A stretch of DNA of 64,000 nt from Octopus sinensis (Eukaryota). Of this stretch, positions 24,360-38,366 are shown in pieces. Location: NCBI RefSeq assembly GCF_006345805.1, contig NC_043010.1, positions 9,114,001 to 9,178,000 on the forward strand, read 5' to 3'. The first letter of the stretch is position 1. Every line of letters starts with the position of its first letter. A program made the position numbers and the translations under genes. The notes beneath the pieces were generated by a model, which saw nothing but the letters and a program-made list of their open reading frames with translations, did not search any database and was not told where the DNA came from.

Positions 24360-26427
24360 CATACATATATGAGATATAGATAGATAGAGAGATTGATAAA
24401 CAAATAAATAGACAGATAGATAGATAGATACATACATGCATAAATACATACATACATAATAAATAAATATCACTTCATCATATACTCTTTCACCCATCCC
24501 ACCTCTCTCTCTCTTTCTCTCTCTCTGTCTCTCTCTCTGTCTCTCTCTCTCTCTGTGTAGTACATTTTTATCACAGTACAATAAAATACATCACCCTGAA
24601 TTACAATACATCACACTGCTAAAACATATTCTATAGAGCAAACATTCCCCTAATCTGAATTTATCAATAAAGGTGTCTGCCATTTCTCAATGAAGGAAGT
24701 AATTTGTAAGCCTGCAATTATTAACACGGATGCTCCCAGAAGACAATTTAGAGACATTGCTAAAAGAAGCATCTGTTTGATAAACACTTTTGAACTGTGG
24801 ACTCGCAAATAATAAAGTCTCTGCTATTGACAGAACTTTCAATATTGCTTATTACACTGTGATAGAATATTCAATATATTAGTATAGTTTGACAAGTAAA
24901 CAGGTCTTGGAGATAAGCAGCATTATCTTTACAGCGGAATTGGTTATTTGTTATTGCTGCATGCAACTAACAACATTGGCGAATATAATTATGGAGCAAA
25001 ATATCTACGGTTGGCAGTCTGGTTTTTATTAAGCTGCTTTCATATCACAACACTCCATTATTTCACAATGGAAACACTATCTATTATGGAAGCAGTGAAT
25101 GGACAAAATTTCTTACCTCATATTATGTAATTAAACTGTCATTATAGTATTCCATCAGATTTCCATTAACGTGACATCAATGTTATATGTTATTTACTTT
25201 TTCTTTTGCTTTCCACACAGAATTCTTGGCAGTTTATTGTAGAGCACCAATAAGTTAATAGTAACATGTTTTGATGACATCAAAGAAGAAATGAAATTTT
25301 CATTATTGTCACTGTTGTTATTGCTATTATTATTTTCACCATCATTACCATTCTCTCTACGTCTTCATTATAATTATGGCTGTTATTGTTATAAATATAT
25401 TAAAACAGAAATCTGTTACCTTTGATATGAAATTATCTACAAACTGAGTCAAAAGGGTTTTTTTTAAACAGAGTGGAGATTGGTTTTCTGTTTGATAACA
25501 ATAGTGGCTTTTCATGTTACATCATGTGACACCTACGTTATTGCAATAAGTACAATTTACCATTCCTTCATCTACCCTGCTGTCTACCTCATAATTTGTA
25601 TCCAGCTGTTTACCTGCATGCCAAACTTTGTCCATTTATCTATCTGTGCCAGTTCATATATCTAACAGCAAGTGTGTGTCTACCTGATAATCTATGTCTG
25701 TTTATCCTTCTATTTACTAAGTTCTGTCTACCTATCTCTCTCTCTCAGGTAACATGTATCCACCTTTCTGTCTAATACTTATCATCTGTCCACCTAAATA
25801 TTTATCCGTTACCATCTGTTCACCTATGTATTTACCTGCTACCTTCTGTTCATGTACATCATCATCATCATCATCATCGTTTAACGTCCGTTCTCCATGC
25901 TAGCATGGGTTGGACGGTTCGACTGGGGATCTGTGAAGCCAGGAGGCTGCACCAGGCTCCGGTCTGATCTGGCAGTGTTTCTACAGCTGGATGCCCTTCC
26001 TAACGCCAACCACTCCGTGAGCGTAGTGGGTGCTTTTTACGTGCCACCTGCACAGGTGCCAGGCGAGGCTGGCAATGGCCACGATTGGATTGGTGCATTT
26101 TACGTGCCACCAGCACGGAAGCCAGTCGAGGTGGCACTGGCATCGGCCACGATTCGGATGGTGCTTTTTATGTGCCACCGGCACGGAAGCCAGTCGAGGC
26201 GGCTATCTATTATTAATCTTTTATACACTCTATCTGCTAATTTCTCTCCATTTATTTACCTCAACACTACTCTATACCTTATTATCTACCTGCTATCCTT
26301 TGACAATCTGTCTATCTATCCACTCACCTCTGTATACCTACGTATACCTTATAACTGCTACCCACCTTCATATCTACACCTGGTCTCTTTGGTCCACATA
26401 CCAGTCTATCCAATAACTGTCTAGCTT

Positions 26428-26638
26428 TTGTCTTTCACTTGTTTCAGTCATTGGACTGCAGCCATACTTGGAGTTTGCTTTGAAGTGTTCAGTTGAACAA
26501 ATCAACTCTGGTACTTATTTTTAAGTCTGCTACTTGCTCTGTCGGTCTGTTTCACTGAACCGCTAAGTTGTGCAGACATAAAACAAAGCAACATCTGTTG
26601 TCATGTGGTGAATGGAGTTGTGAGCTGTGCAAAAAGAC

Positions 26639-26683
<45 letters not shown>

Positions 26684-26845
26684 CACACAAATATATGACA
26701 TTTCAGTTTCTGTCTACCAAATCCGCTCACGAGGCTTTGGTTGGCCTGAGGCTATAGCAGAAGACACTAGCCCAAGGTGCCACACAGTGGGACTGAACCT
26801 GGAACCATGTGGTTGAGAAGCAAGCTTCTTACCACACAGCAACTC
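26428..26845 (-). mobile_element. SINE family B, diverged
   Basis: Colinear with the other B copies. Confidence 0.75.
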
Positions 26846-27127
26846 CTAGTACACAAATCTCCTTCCAACCACATTCTAAATTATTATCTTGGAAAAAAAT
26901 TATTCCACATTGGATGATGCAAACTTTGTGATATTATACCTGAATGAAATAAGATGGATGGTCATAACTGGAATGCTTTTGAGCACAGGCTAGCCTTTCA
27001 TCCTTTCAGGGTCGATTAAATAAGTACTAGTTACTGACTGGGGTCGATATAATCTACTTAATCCGTTTGTCTGTCCTTGTTTGTCCTCTCTGTGTTTGGC
27101 CCCTTGTGGGTAGTAAAGAAATAGGTA

Positions 27128-27790
27128 TTGGAGATGGTGGTGGTAATTTTGGTTGTGATAGTGATAGTAGTGGTGGTGATAGTGGTGGCAATGCTGGTGG
27201 TGATAGTGGTGATAGTGGTGATGATGATAGTGCTGGTGGTGGTGGTGATGGCGATGGTGATGGTGGTAGTGACGGTTGAGGTAGTGATGGCAGTGGTAAT
27301 GGTGGTGATGGTGATGGTAATGGTGGTGATGGTGATGGTGATTGTGGTGGTGGTGGTGGTGGTGATGGTGGTGGTGGTGATCATGATGGTAGTGATGATG
27401 GTGTTAATGGTGGTGATGATGGTGATGGCAGTAGTATAGTCACAACGATGGTGATGGTGGTGGTGGTGATGGCGATGGTGATTGTGGTAGTGATGGTTGA
27501 GGTAGTGATGTCAGTGGTAGTGATGATGATGGTAATGGTGGTGATGGTGATGGTGATGGTGGTGATGGTGATTGCGGGGGTGGTGGTAGTGGTGGTGATG
27601 GTGGTGGTGGTGGTGGTCATGATGGTAGTGATGATGGTGTTTGTGGTGGTGGTGATGATGGTGATGGCAGTGGTATAGTCGCAGCGATGGAGATGGTGAT
27701 GCTGGCAGTGATGATGAAGGTAGTGATGGTGGTAGCGATGGTGGAGGTGATGGGTGATGATGGCGATGGTGATAGTATTTGTAGTGGTAA
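27128..27790. repeat. Compound (GGT/GAT/AGT)n trinucleotide tract with ~239-bp higher-order duplication
   Basis: The marker gcagt(a/g)gtatagtc(a/g)ca(a/g)cgatgg recurs at 27428 and 27667. Confidence 0.85.
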
Positions 27791-30700
27791 CTTTAGTTCA
27801 ATCCCCAGCCAAATGTCACTACACTAACCTCTTAACCTCGTTAATCTCTCCACCATTATTCTCTGTTTACAGTCTGGTAGCAATCGGAATATAGTGTAAA
27901 TATCCTATATGTCATTTAATAGATTTGAAGTTCAGGAATTATTGATATCGGACATAAAAACAGTGATGTGTGATATCTGTTGCCACAGGGTGGGCTATCT
28001 TGCTGAATCTACTGCTCTGGAACAAGTATAGACATACAAACTTTAGGCAATAGCTATACACCATCATATAGTGAATGAGTGTGAGGTGCGTGGCTTAGTG
28101 GTTAGGGTGTTGCACTCATAATTGCAAGGTCATGGTTTCAATTTCATGAGTTCAAATTCTGCCGAGACTGACTTTGCACTTTCATCCTTTCAGAGTTGAT
28201 AAAATAAGTACCAGCTGAGCACTGAGGTCAATGCAAAATTTAGCACGCCGGCCAAAATGCTTAGCAGTATTTCGTCTGCTGTTATGTTCCATGTTCAAGT
28301 TAATGAAGGAAAAAGGATTGCAAAGCTAAAATTTTAATTAAATAAAATTACTATTATGCATAAAGTGAAATGAATATACTTGCTTGATTTCAAATTTTGG
28401 CACAAGGCCAGCAAATATGGGGAAGCAGGCAAGTCAATTACATCAGTCCTAGGGTTCAACTTGTACTCATTTTATTGACTTGGAAAGCATAAAAGGCAAA
28501 GTCAACCTCAGTGGAATTTGAACTCAGAACATTAGGATAGATAAAAGTGCTGCTAAACATTTTCCCAGTGTGCTAACAATTCTGCCACCTCATCACCTTA
28601 GCTTGAGAAATAATATCAATTGCGTCTCATCACTGGAAAGCACAGTGGCAATTTCAGACATGTTCATTGGAGCTTCTCAGAGAAGCAGAGCCTTTTTAGT
28701 TTTTGTTAGAACTAGTGATAGGAGATTACTCTATAGATCAGTAAAATACTCCTAAGAAGCAATGTTTTCATTCAGCATCATAAAGTGCAATAGAATATAT
28801 TTATAAATCTTTAGTCAACACGGTGTGTGTAGACAGATGCAAACACTTTGTTTTCATGTATATCTTCATGGAGAGTAAAAAGAGGTATCAGCCAGATGAG
28901 TTTTAGTTTCCCTTCCAATATTGCATTGAGATTTCATTAACAACTGAGTATTTTCTTCAGTGCCTGTAGACAAATGAGACATAAGCCCACTATTACAAAA
29001 GGCTTGATAAATCAAAGAGACCAATTAACATATATTATACAGATTAAATCTTACTAACTTGAGTGTATTATACATGCAAATTGGTTTGTCTGTTTTAAAC
29101 ACTTAGTCATTGTGTAGTCAGAAACAGTGTTTCTGTGAATGGCTAAATTAAAGGGGTATTTAGTTAATAATAACATCACAACACAGAATTTGAACTAGTT
29201 GGCTAATACATCATCTGCTCATAAAGATATTATATATAAACAAAACTGTTTGCAATTGTCTATTATATCAAGTAGTGGTTAAAATATATTAATATATTCT
29301 ATATTACAGTATACTACTATGAACAAAAAATTTATATGAGGAGATACAGAAAAATGTATGCAGTATACTCTGTAATGTGGTGGTTGTTAGAAAAGGCATC
29401 CAGTCATAGCAATCATGACAGAACTGAAATGCTTTAGCAAAACTGTTCTCTGTTATGTGTGATCCTGGTGAGCCATCTAACTCATGCCAGCATGTAAAGC
29501 AATGGTAAAATGGAGATGATGACAGTGATGGTGATGATGATTGATGATGATGACAATAATGATTGGTAAAGATGGTAAACACAATCACGATGACAAGGAT
29601 AATGATGATGTAGCCTCATTGAATAAATATAATTCAACCTGTCACAAACAGATAACATCATTTCCGCCAACGGCTGCAGTAGTTTTAAGGTCATCAGGAA
29701 AGAACAAATTACTTGAAGCTACCAACTGTGTAAGAACCTGTTAACAATGATACATGTAATGACAATACATCTTACTATGGGTCTCAAACAGATTTGCCAT
29801 CATCAGTATCATATTATAAAAGACTATTCTTTTGCAAACCACTAGGGTTCTATAGATTCAATGCTTTACATAGGTTTCTGTACAATTATAAATATGTGAC
29901 AAATATTCAATAGGAATTTGACAGATAACTTCTCTAAATATAAAAGCACTTATTTATTCTCCACAAAGATGAAAGGCGGCAAATAGAATTATGTGTTCTG
30001 CCTGTTGATAATCACACAATGTTTGTATAATAATATGTATTTATAATCCCTGATTCTTTAATTTGACGGAGATTTCCATTCATTTAATAATCTGCATTAC
30101 ATCATGATTAAAAATAAAAATAAATATAGTTTTTAACAAACACTAGATTATGTTTTAGCTGCATAAAATAGTGGGGTTTTGTGGACAAAAGGTAAAATCT
30201 TCTATATTTTAGTACAAAGAAGAAATGAGATAGAGTGATGTTCATGCTAGCAGAATCTTTAGCACACCAGGAAAAATGCTTAGTGACACTTCATCTGTCT
30301 TCATGTTTTGAGTTCAAATTCCACCATGGTTGACTTTGCCTTTCTTCCTTTTGAGGTTAGTAAAATGAGTACCAGTCAAGTACTGGGGTGATGTGATCAA
30401 CTATATCCCTCCCCACAAATTCCAAGCCTAGCACCTGTAGTCGAAAAGATTATTAGCACAAATGAAGTGAACCAGATTGTACCATTAATTGAAATCAGGT
30501 GACTGGAAAATTTTCTCTTGCGCCTGTATTATTATTTAGAAGTTGATTTTTTAAGAATATAGATTGGATTAAATGAACAACATTAAATAATATTAAATAC
30601 TTGTTTACACATGTATTCAGACACTCATGCATGTGCACACACACACACACATACATTATATTCAATATATTAGTTATAGTTACAGCTTTCAGCATTCAGT

Positions 30701-31314
30701 TATTGAGTGTCATATCTGTGTGTATGGCCAATCCTCAGACAGGCTTGCCTTGTAATTTGGAAATATAGATAATATATTAAATATTTACACAGCCTAAGGT
30801 ATGGAGATCTTTTTGCTTTGTTCATAGAACAGCTATGAATGTAATATTACTTGTAAATACACTATATAAAAATATATAATCATATATCATCATCATCATA
30901 ATCATCATTGTTTTAATGTCCACTTGTTGAGCCTGCTTGGGTCAGACTGAATTCGTTGAGCAAGATTTTTATGACTTAAATCAGTTCCTATTGCTAAAAC
31001 ATCATCTGTTTCCAAGTAAGGTAACCCCACACCCCATGATCAGAACATATTTTCACAGAAGATTAGAAACACACTGCATGAAAGCAATGCTCATTTTACA
31101 ACTATGAGCCCTTATGATCTGTGACCAAATCCTGTGAAGGATAACTTTGCCTTTCATCCTTCCAGGATCAATAAAACTAAATATTAGTCAAAGACTGAGG
31201 TTAATTATTTTACTAGTACCCTCCCATCAAAATTGTTGACTTTGTACTTAAATTAGAAACAACTATAATTATTCACTTTACATCCACTTTTCACACAGAC
31301 CTTTTCACACAGAA

Positions 31315-31775
31315 GGTGGCAAGCTGGCAGAAACGTTAGCACGCTGGGCAAAATGCTTAGCAGTACTTCGTCTGCTGTTACATTCTGAATTCAAATTCTG
31401 TGAAGCTCAACTTAACCATTCATCCTTTCAAGGTCGATAAATTAAGTACCAGTTACGCACTGGGGTCGATGTAATCGACTTAATCCCTTTGCCTGTCCTT
31501 GTTTGTCCCCTCTGTATGTAGCCCCTTGTGGGCAGTAAAGAAATAAGAAAATAAGAAATGTATGCACGCCAGGCAAAATGCCTAGTGGTATTTTGTCTGT
31601 AGTTACATTCTGAGTTCAAATTCCACCAAGGTAGACTTTGCCTTTCATCCTCTCGGGGTCGATAAATTAAGTACCAGTAACGCACTGGGGTTGATGTAAT
31701 CGACTCAATCCCTTTGTCTGTCCTTGTTTGTCCCCTCTATGTTTAGCCCCTTGTGGGCAGTAAAGAAATAAGAAG
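31315..31775 (+). mobile_element. SINE family A tandem dimer
   Basis: Two colinear copies; the second lacks the first ~25 nt of the head. Confidence 0.85.
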
Positions 31776-32374
31776 GTAAGAGTCCAGATCTGTTCTCATT
31801 AAGAGAAGTGGGAGGACTACAGTTTTGCTTATGCATTATACTTTTCACTAGGTTTCTATGGTTAGATGCCCTTCTTATCACCAGCCATTTTACAGAGAGT
31901 ATTGAGTGCAGTTTTACATGGCACCAGCACTAAAGAGGTGGTCATATCCTTGACAAGACTAGACTAAAAACCTTCTTGATCTTATGTTGCTTAGCACATT
32001 TGGTAACTACTTTACAACTACTATAAAACATGCACACATCCATGCATACACACAGACACACACACCACACACACAGACACACACATATTTCTACTGGAGT
32101 AAGCACTTAAGTGCGAAACAAGGTGGGGAAAAATAGCACTTGAATACCAAAGGTAGAGTAATATGCTTTATTGAAAAGCAGCAAAAATCTCACAAAATCT
32201 GTTACCCAGTTTCATGTTCCCGTTCGTTGGACAGTTTTCTTTAGATGAACGGGAATGTGAAACTCCGAGTAACAGTTTTTGTGGTATGTTTGCTGCTTTT
32301 CAATAAAGCATATATATTTATATACATATATACATACATACACACATACACACACACATATCATCATCATCATC

Positions 32375-32958
32375 ATTGTCATCATCACCATCATTTAATG
32401 TCCGTTTTCCATGCTAGCATGTGTTGGACGGTTTGACTGGGGTCTGAGAAGCCAGGAGGCTGCACTAGGCTCCAGTCTGATCAGGCAGTGTTTCTACAGC
32501 TTGATGCCCTTCAAATACCAAGCACTCTGAGAATGTAGTTAGTGCTTTTTATGTGCCCCGGTGCAGGGGCCAGAGGAGACTGGCAACGATCATGATCTGT
32601 TGGTGTTTTTTACATGCCACTGGCATTGATCACATTTGGACGATGCTCTTTACATGCCACAGCCACAGGGATCACAACTAAAATTTTCATTTGATTTGAT
32701 TTTGATGTTCATGTACTTGACTCAATAGGTCTCATCAAGCACAGCATGTCACCCTATGATCCAAGGTACATTTGAGCTGGCTGTTTATGTGCCACTGCTG
32801 TATGTTACAGCTGTAAACTCACTTTATTTGCCGGGTCTTCTCAGTCACAGCATATCTCTAGAGGTCTTGGCCTTTCATCATTGCCTCTGTGAGGCCCAAC
32901 ATTCAAAGATCATGCTTTACCACCTCATCCCATGTCTTCCTGGGTCTCCCTCTACCCC
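32375..32958 (-). mobile_element. RTE LINE 3' fragment
   Basis: Minus strand GRGRPRKTWDEVVKHDL*MLGLTEAM...RYAVTEKTRQ*, then the D-type 3' UTR and (GAT)n tail. Confidence 0.85.
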
Positions 32959-33137
32959 AGATTTCTTCTAAAATTCTTCAATGCGGTACTCCAGCATAGC
33001 TGCAGTATAATAACTGAAACAAAAAAAAAATAAAAGATTTTTCTTGACTTATATTACTAGTCTCCATTACAATGGTTTGAACACTGCACATACTCATTTT
33101 TCAGATTCCTGCAAATCGGAAAATGCTGCCTTGCATA

Positions 33138-33784
33138 CAAGGGCTGATCAATAAGTATCAGGGCTGTTGCCATTGTAATGAAGCTAAAGCACGCAGAGTG
33201 AAGCTGCTTTGCACAGCTTGACCTTGTACTCTGTTATGCATGTGCACTAAGTTTTAACATTCTAGCTCACTTCCACTGTTTACGGCAATGCTTCAAAGGA
33301 ACGTGTGTAGCATGCGATCATCACATTGACCATAACAGAGAAAGGTGAGCAGAGAATCTGCATCAAATTTTGCCAAAAGCTTGGTGATACCTACTCAGAG
33401 GCCTATGCAAAATTTTCAAAAAGTTTTCATCATTCTCAATACAATCAAGGAGATCTTGTACAATTGAAACCCAAGTGTCTTTTTGGTCAACTGAAAGCAG
33501 TTTTGGCACAAACTTGACAGACACACGTTTCGTACCCAAATCTTCATTAATAATGGACTGAACTGAACTGTAACTAATCTGCACTTCCTCTGATAACTCA
33601 CAGATGGTGATTCGATGATTTCTCCTTACAACTAAATGCACATCTGTGATGTTTTTCTCAGTTCTGCTGGTTGTGCATCCCCCAGAATGTTCGTCAATAT
33701 CGACATTTCTTCAGCCTTCCTGGAAACGTCTGAACTATTCATACACTTTCTGCAACTTTGCTTAGGCCTCTGAGCAGGTATCAC
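33138..33784. mobile_element. Mariner-family transposon remnant with internal inversion
   Basis: TA followed by CAAGGGCTGATCAATAAGT (TIR-like). + strand EQRICIKFCQKLGDTYSEAY runs to 33411; minus strand RITICELSEEVQISYSSVQSIINEDLGTKRVSVKFVPKLLS...ENDENFLK (WVPxxL-like motif) lies in 33412-33784. Confidence 0.85.
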
Positions 33785-35594
33785 TATGACCACTTAGCCA
33801 AAATTTGAAATCAAGCAAGTATATTCATTTCACTTTATGCATAATAGTAATTTTATTTAATTAAAATTTTAGCTTTGCAATCCCTTTTCCTTCATTAACT
33901 TGAACATGGAACGTAACAGCAGACGAAATACTGCTAAGCATTTTGGACGGTGTGCTAACATTTCTGCCACCTCACCGCCTTCTGCCATAGACCAAAATAC
34001 CTTGCAGCATTTGTTACATTTCTGAGTTCAAATTCTGCTGAAGTCAATTTTTAGTTACACACTTTTTATGTCAATAAAATAAGGTTCCTGTTCCAAAGCA
34101 ATGTATTAACAGAATTGCAAGAGTATAGAATTAAATTCCATGTGTTTTGTTCATCTCTTTGCTTAGTGAGTTCTTCGGTAGTATACTAAATCTGTCATCC
34201 ATGTTAACATCTCCACTTGTCAATAGGTGTTTTTACTATACTTCACTTTGTTGTAAATAATCAGGCTATATTTGTGGCTTGAGGGTAACTGTATCCTTCC
34301 ACCAACTAGTCCCAGAGATCTTGTAAAATAAATGGTCAAGGGCTCTATCGTCCCCTTCCTGACTAAGCATTAAACAAATGAAATAAGAGAGACACAAATA
34401 TACTACCATCGTCATTTTCTTTCCTGTGTAAATACTATCATTTTATGCCTCTGGTAAGATTCAATATTTCTTTACTTCGGTACAAAACTCCTGATGCATT
34501 CTATCTCAAATAATTTTATCTTCCAGCACTGTAATTCTCTGGAAGACAAATATTACATAATTAATCGAAATAATTTATAAACAACCTAATTTCCCATTTC
34601 ACAGTGGAAATTCCAAATCATGGTTGAATATGAATAATTGATAAACTACTGATATTTGTAGGATGGGGGAACATGTTTCATCATCTTTGATATTTTTGGA
34701 TGGATAAGTTTACTGTAGCATTGACCATAACTAAAAGCATCCTGATATCAAAGCTAGATACAGATCATATTTGAAGGCTGTGATAACCCTCTGTATTATT
34801 GCAAAACAAAAAAAAACAGTAGTTGAATAAATTGATTTAATTGATATAACCATTTGCAGCATAGTAGTAAAGTTGTAAAAACAAATAAATTGTTGTTTCA
34901 TTTATTTTTTTCCATCTATGTTATAAAGATATTCAATTCTGCCTCTCGTATGATGATATATTTCTCTAAACTGTTATATTTTGTTGCAAATGTAAGTGAA
35001 GACATCTGAGGATGAGAAACATTTAAGATTCATATCATTTATCTCACGATAAGTAATAAATGTCAAACATGTATTAGTGTGATATATCATGCAAAAGTAC
35101 AGATAACCTTCATATTTCATAACTAATCTGAAGCTATAAAAGGCTCAAAAGTAAGTGTAGGCTTGAATCTTCATCACTACAAAATGGCTGTGTTTTCTCT
35201 TCACACAAACTTAATGATATGAAAACATAGATAGATATTGTAATACAATGTTATCACCTCTTTTCAACCTCTTGGAATATTAGAAATCTTTTCTAAAACA
35301 AAATCCCCTTAAAAAACAATAAATGCCTAGAGTTTAAAGCTATTCATTACTTTTAACGAATTATACTTATTTATTTTATTTTATTTTATTTTATTTTATT
35401 TTATTTATTTATTTGGTGAACAAAAGCATCATTGATTGCAGGTTTCAAATGAACCAGTCATTAGTTGAGTATTTCTGACCATGAGTGTGATGAGGGAGTG
35501 TCTGTAAATCAGTGCAGAACAAAGATAGCGAAGGACTTCAAGTGTCACCAGTTTTTACTTTATTTATTTATTCGTTTATTTATATCTTTTTTCT

Positions 35595-35819
35595 TTTACT
35601 TGTTTGTCATTAGGCTGCAACCATGCTGGGGTAATGCCTTAAAGAACTTTTAGTTACATGAATTAACCCCAGGATCCTTTTTTTTTTAAGACTGATACTT
35701 ATTCTATCAGTCTCTTTTGCCAAACCACTAAGTTATGGGGATCTAAACACACCAACACTGGTTGTTAAGCAGTGATGGGGGACAAACACGGACACAAAGA
35801 TACACACAACACACACACA

Positions 35820-35878
<59 letters not shown>

Positions 35879-36020
35879 TGGGCTTCTTTCGGTTTTCATC
35901 TACCAAATCGACTCACAAAACTTTGGTCAGCCCAAAACTTTAGTCAATAATACTTGCCCAAGTCGCCAAGCAGTGCAACAGAACCCAAAATTATGTGGTT
36001 GGGAAGCAAGCTTGTTACCT
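35595..36020 (-). mobile_element. SINE family B
   Basis: Colinear; long internal (CA)n. Confidence 0.8.
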
Positions 36021-36323
36021 ATTTTTGTTTTTGTTCCTTATCACTGTTTATATCATTCACCAATGATATAAACGTTCACTGAATTTCAGATATTTTGTTC
36101 TTTGAATAGCTTCACATGCATTGGAAAAAAAAATCTAACAGCCTGCATGAGAGGCAAAATTTATTATCTATGAATACATCAAATCAGTTCAAACTGTTGC
36201 TTTTACAAATTTACTTCTACACTGCATATATTTGTATAATTAATTAAGATTTTTGTAATAATGAGATGATGGCACAGACCTCTAGAATGGTCTATACCTT
36301 TTATCTGCAAAGGATATATCCAT

Positions 36324-36358
<35 letters not shown>

Positions 36359-36761
36359 CTCTCATACTCACACACACACACACACACACACACATGCATG
36401 TATAGGCACACCCACACACAAATGCATTCACTGAGGGTAAGTTTTAATAGAATTACAGGCTTCAAGCAAAGCAATGCCTTGGTGTATATTGTATTTACAT
36501 TTTGATCCTGCATAAATTAGCATTGAGCCCTTCGGTCCATGAAGCCTTTAGGTAACTGCCCAGTGTGTGCATGCCTAGATGGTTATGTTTGTATTAATGT
36601 CTGGGCAGACAGAAGTTGGTTATGTATGTATGTATGTATGTATGTATGTATGTATCTATGTATGTGTATGTATGTATGTATGTGTGTATGCATGTATTTC
36701 TCTCTCTCTCTCACTATCTCTCTCTATCTCTCTATAAATATGTGTGTGTGTGTGTGTGTGT

Positions 36762-37008
36762 GGAGGCACGTGGCTTAGTGGTTAGGGTGTCAGCATCATG
36801 ATCGTAAGATTGTGGTTTCGATTCCTGGACCGGGCGATGCATTGTGTTCTTGAGCAAAACACTTCATTTCACGTTGCTCCAGTCCACTCAGCTGGCAAAA
36901 ATGAGTAACACTGCGATGGACTGGTGTCCCATCCAGCTGGGGAACACATATGCCATAGAAACTGGGAAACCGGGCCCATGAGCCTGGTTAGGCTTTAAAA
37001 GGCGCATT
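36762..37008 (+). mobile_element. SINE family E
   Basis: GAGGCACGTGGCTTAGTGG (A box) and GGTTTCGATTCC (B box); matches 10204-10450. Confidence 0.85.
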
Positions 37009-37054
<46 letters not shown>

Positions 37055-37423
37055 GCATGTATGTATGTTAGAATGTATGTACGCACACACATATACCTCA
37101 AAAGTAAATAGATACATCTCACTATACCATTTTTTCTGTGTGGACACTACACATTAGTGTGATGCCCAGATTGGTTAAATCATAAGAAATCTGCGTGAGG
37201 AATGTCTACTAAATACTAGATTAACTATTTAAATAAATCAAGTGACAAGAGATTATAATATAAGAGAGGAGGGGATAGAGAAGGCAATGGGAAAGACAGA
37301 AGAAATAAAGATTTGGGTAGTGAAAGTTGGGATGTTTGCTAAATATATGAAAAAATGATTTTAAATTTTGGCACAAGACCAATAATTTTAGGGTCTGGAG
37401 TAAGTCAATTAAATAAACTCCAT

Positions 37424-37632
37424 TGTTGTGTTGATGCCCCCAGACAATGAAGACGTCGAGGATTTGAGTTGAGGTTATCCGAACGTGCGATATAACAGTG
37501 GACTTCATCCTCATTGCCAGTTATATTACATATTCGGATGACCTCTACTCAACTCCTCAACGTCTAGACTTCTCCCTCTATATCTACATATTGGGCTAGC
37601 CTACTTCATCATTTGGGGGTGTCGACACAACA
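37424..37632. mobile_element. ~210-bp TGT...ACA element with ~28-bp imperfect terminal inverted repeats
   Basis: Left end TGTTGTGTTGATGCCCCAGACAATGAAG; right end reverse-complemented TGTTGTGTCGACACCCCCAAATGATGAAG. It interrupts an A-like SINE. Confidence 0.6.
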
Positions 37633-37827
37633 CACAGGTACATAATTATCAACTCCAAAAGGATAAAAACAAAGCTGACTTGAGTAGCATGAGAATTTAG
37701 AATGTTAAGAACTAGAAGAAATGTTGCTATGTATTTTGTACAGGGTGGTAACAACTCTGCCAGCTTACAGTCTTAACCCATTAACATTTAAACTGGCCAT
37801 ATTCAGCCCTAATATTCTATCTGTTTT

Positions 37828-38366
37828 TGTTATGTCGCACGTCCTAATGCCTTCTAGGCACAATGGCCCAGTGGTTAGGGCAGTGGACTCGCGGTCGTAG
37901 GTTCGTGGTTTCGATACCCAGACCGGGCGTTGTGAGTGTTTATTGAGCGAAGACACCTAAAAGCTCCATGAGGCTCCGGCAGGGGATGGTGGTGATCCCT
38001 GCTGTACTCTTTCACCACAACTTTCTCTCACTCTTACTTCCTGTTTCTGTTGTACCTGTATTTCAAAGGGCCGGCCTTGTCACTCTCTGTGTCACGCTGA
38101 ATATCCCCGAGAACTACGTTAAGGGTGCACGTGTCTGTGGAGTGCTCAGCCACTTACACGTTAATTTCATGAGCAGGCTGTTCCATTGATCGGATCAACC
38201 GGAACCCTCGTCGTCGGAACCGACGGACTGCAAAAGAGAAAAGATTCAATGCTACTCGACTACTCTACTCTCCACTGTTACTGTGTTCTCTGACGTCTAG
38301 GCTTCTCCTTCTATATCTATGTATTGGGCTAGCCTACTTCATCGTCTGGGGGGTGTCCACACAACA
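37828..38366. mobile_element. Second TGT...ACA element, 5-bp TSD, itself split by a C SINE
   Basis: GTTTT at 37823-37827 and 38367-38371; its 3' ~90 bp is homologous to 37545-37632. Confidence 0.65.
37857..38227 (+). mobile_element. SINE family C
   Basis: Near-identical to 19898-20283. Confidence 0.9.

Noticed and set aside
27058-27678. Mucin-like Thr-rich or Gly/Asp-rich ORFs
   Set aside because: Trinucleotide tract attached to a SINE tail; several frames open; no splice or start context.
28231-28241. ATGCAAAATTT shared by this junction and the mariner junction (33405-33415)
   Set aside because: AT-rich 11-mer explainable from each parent sequence; probably coincidence.
26990-34060. Flip of SINE A orientation bias as support for the inversion
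   Set aside because: Plus-strand copies also lie outside the proposed interval, one inside is minus, and numbers are too small.
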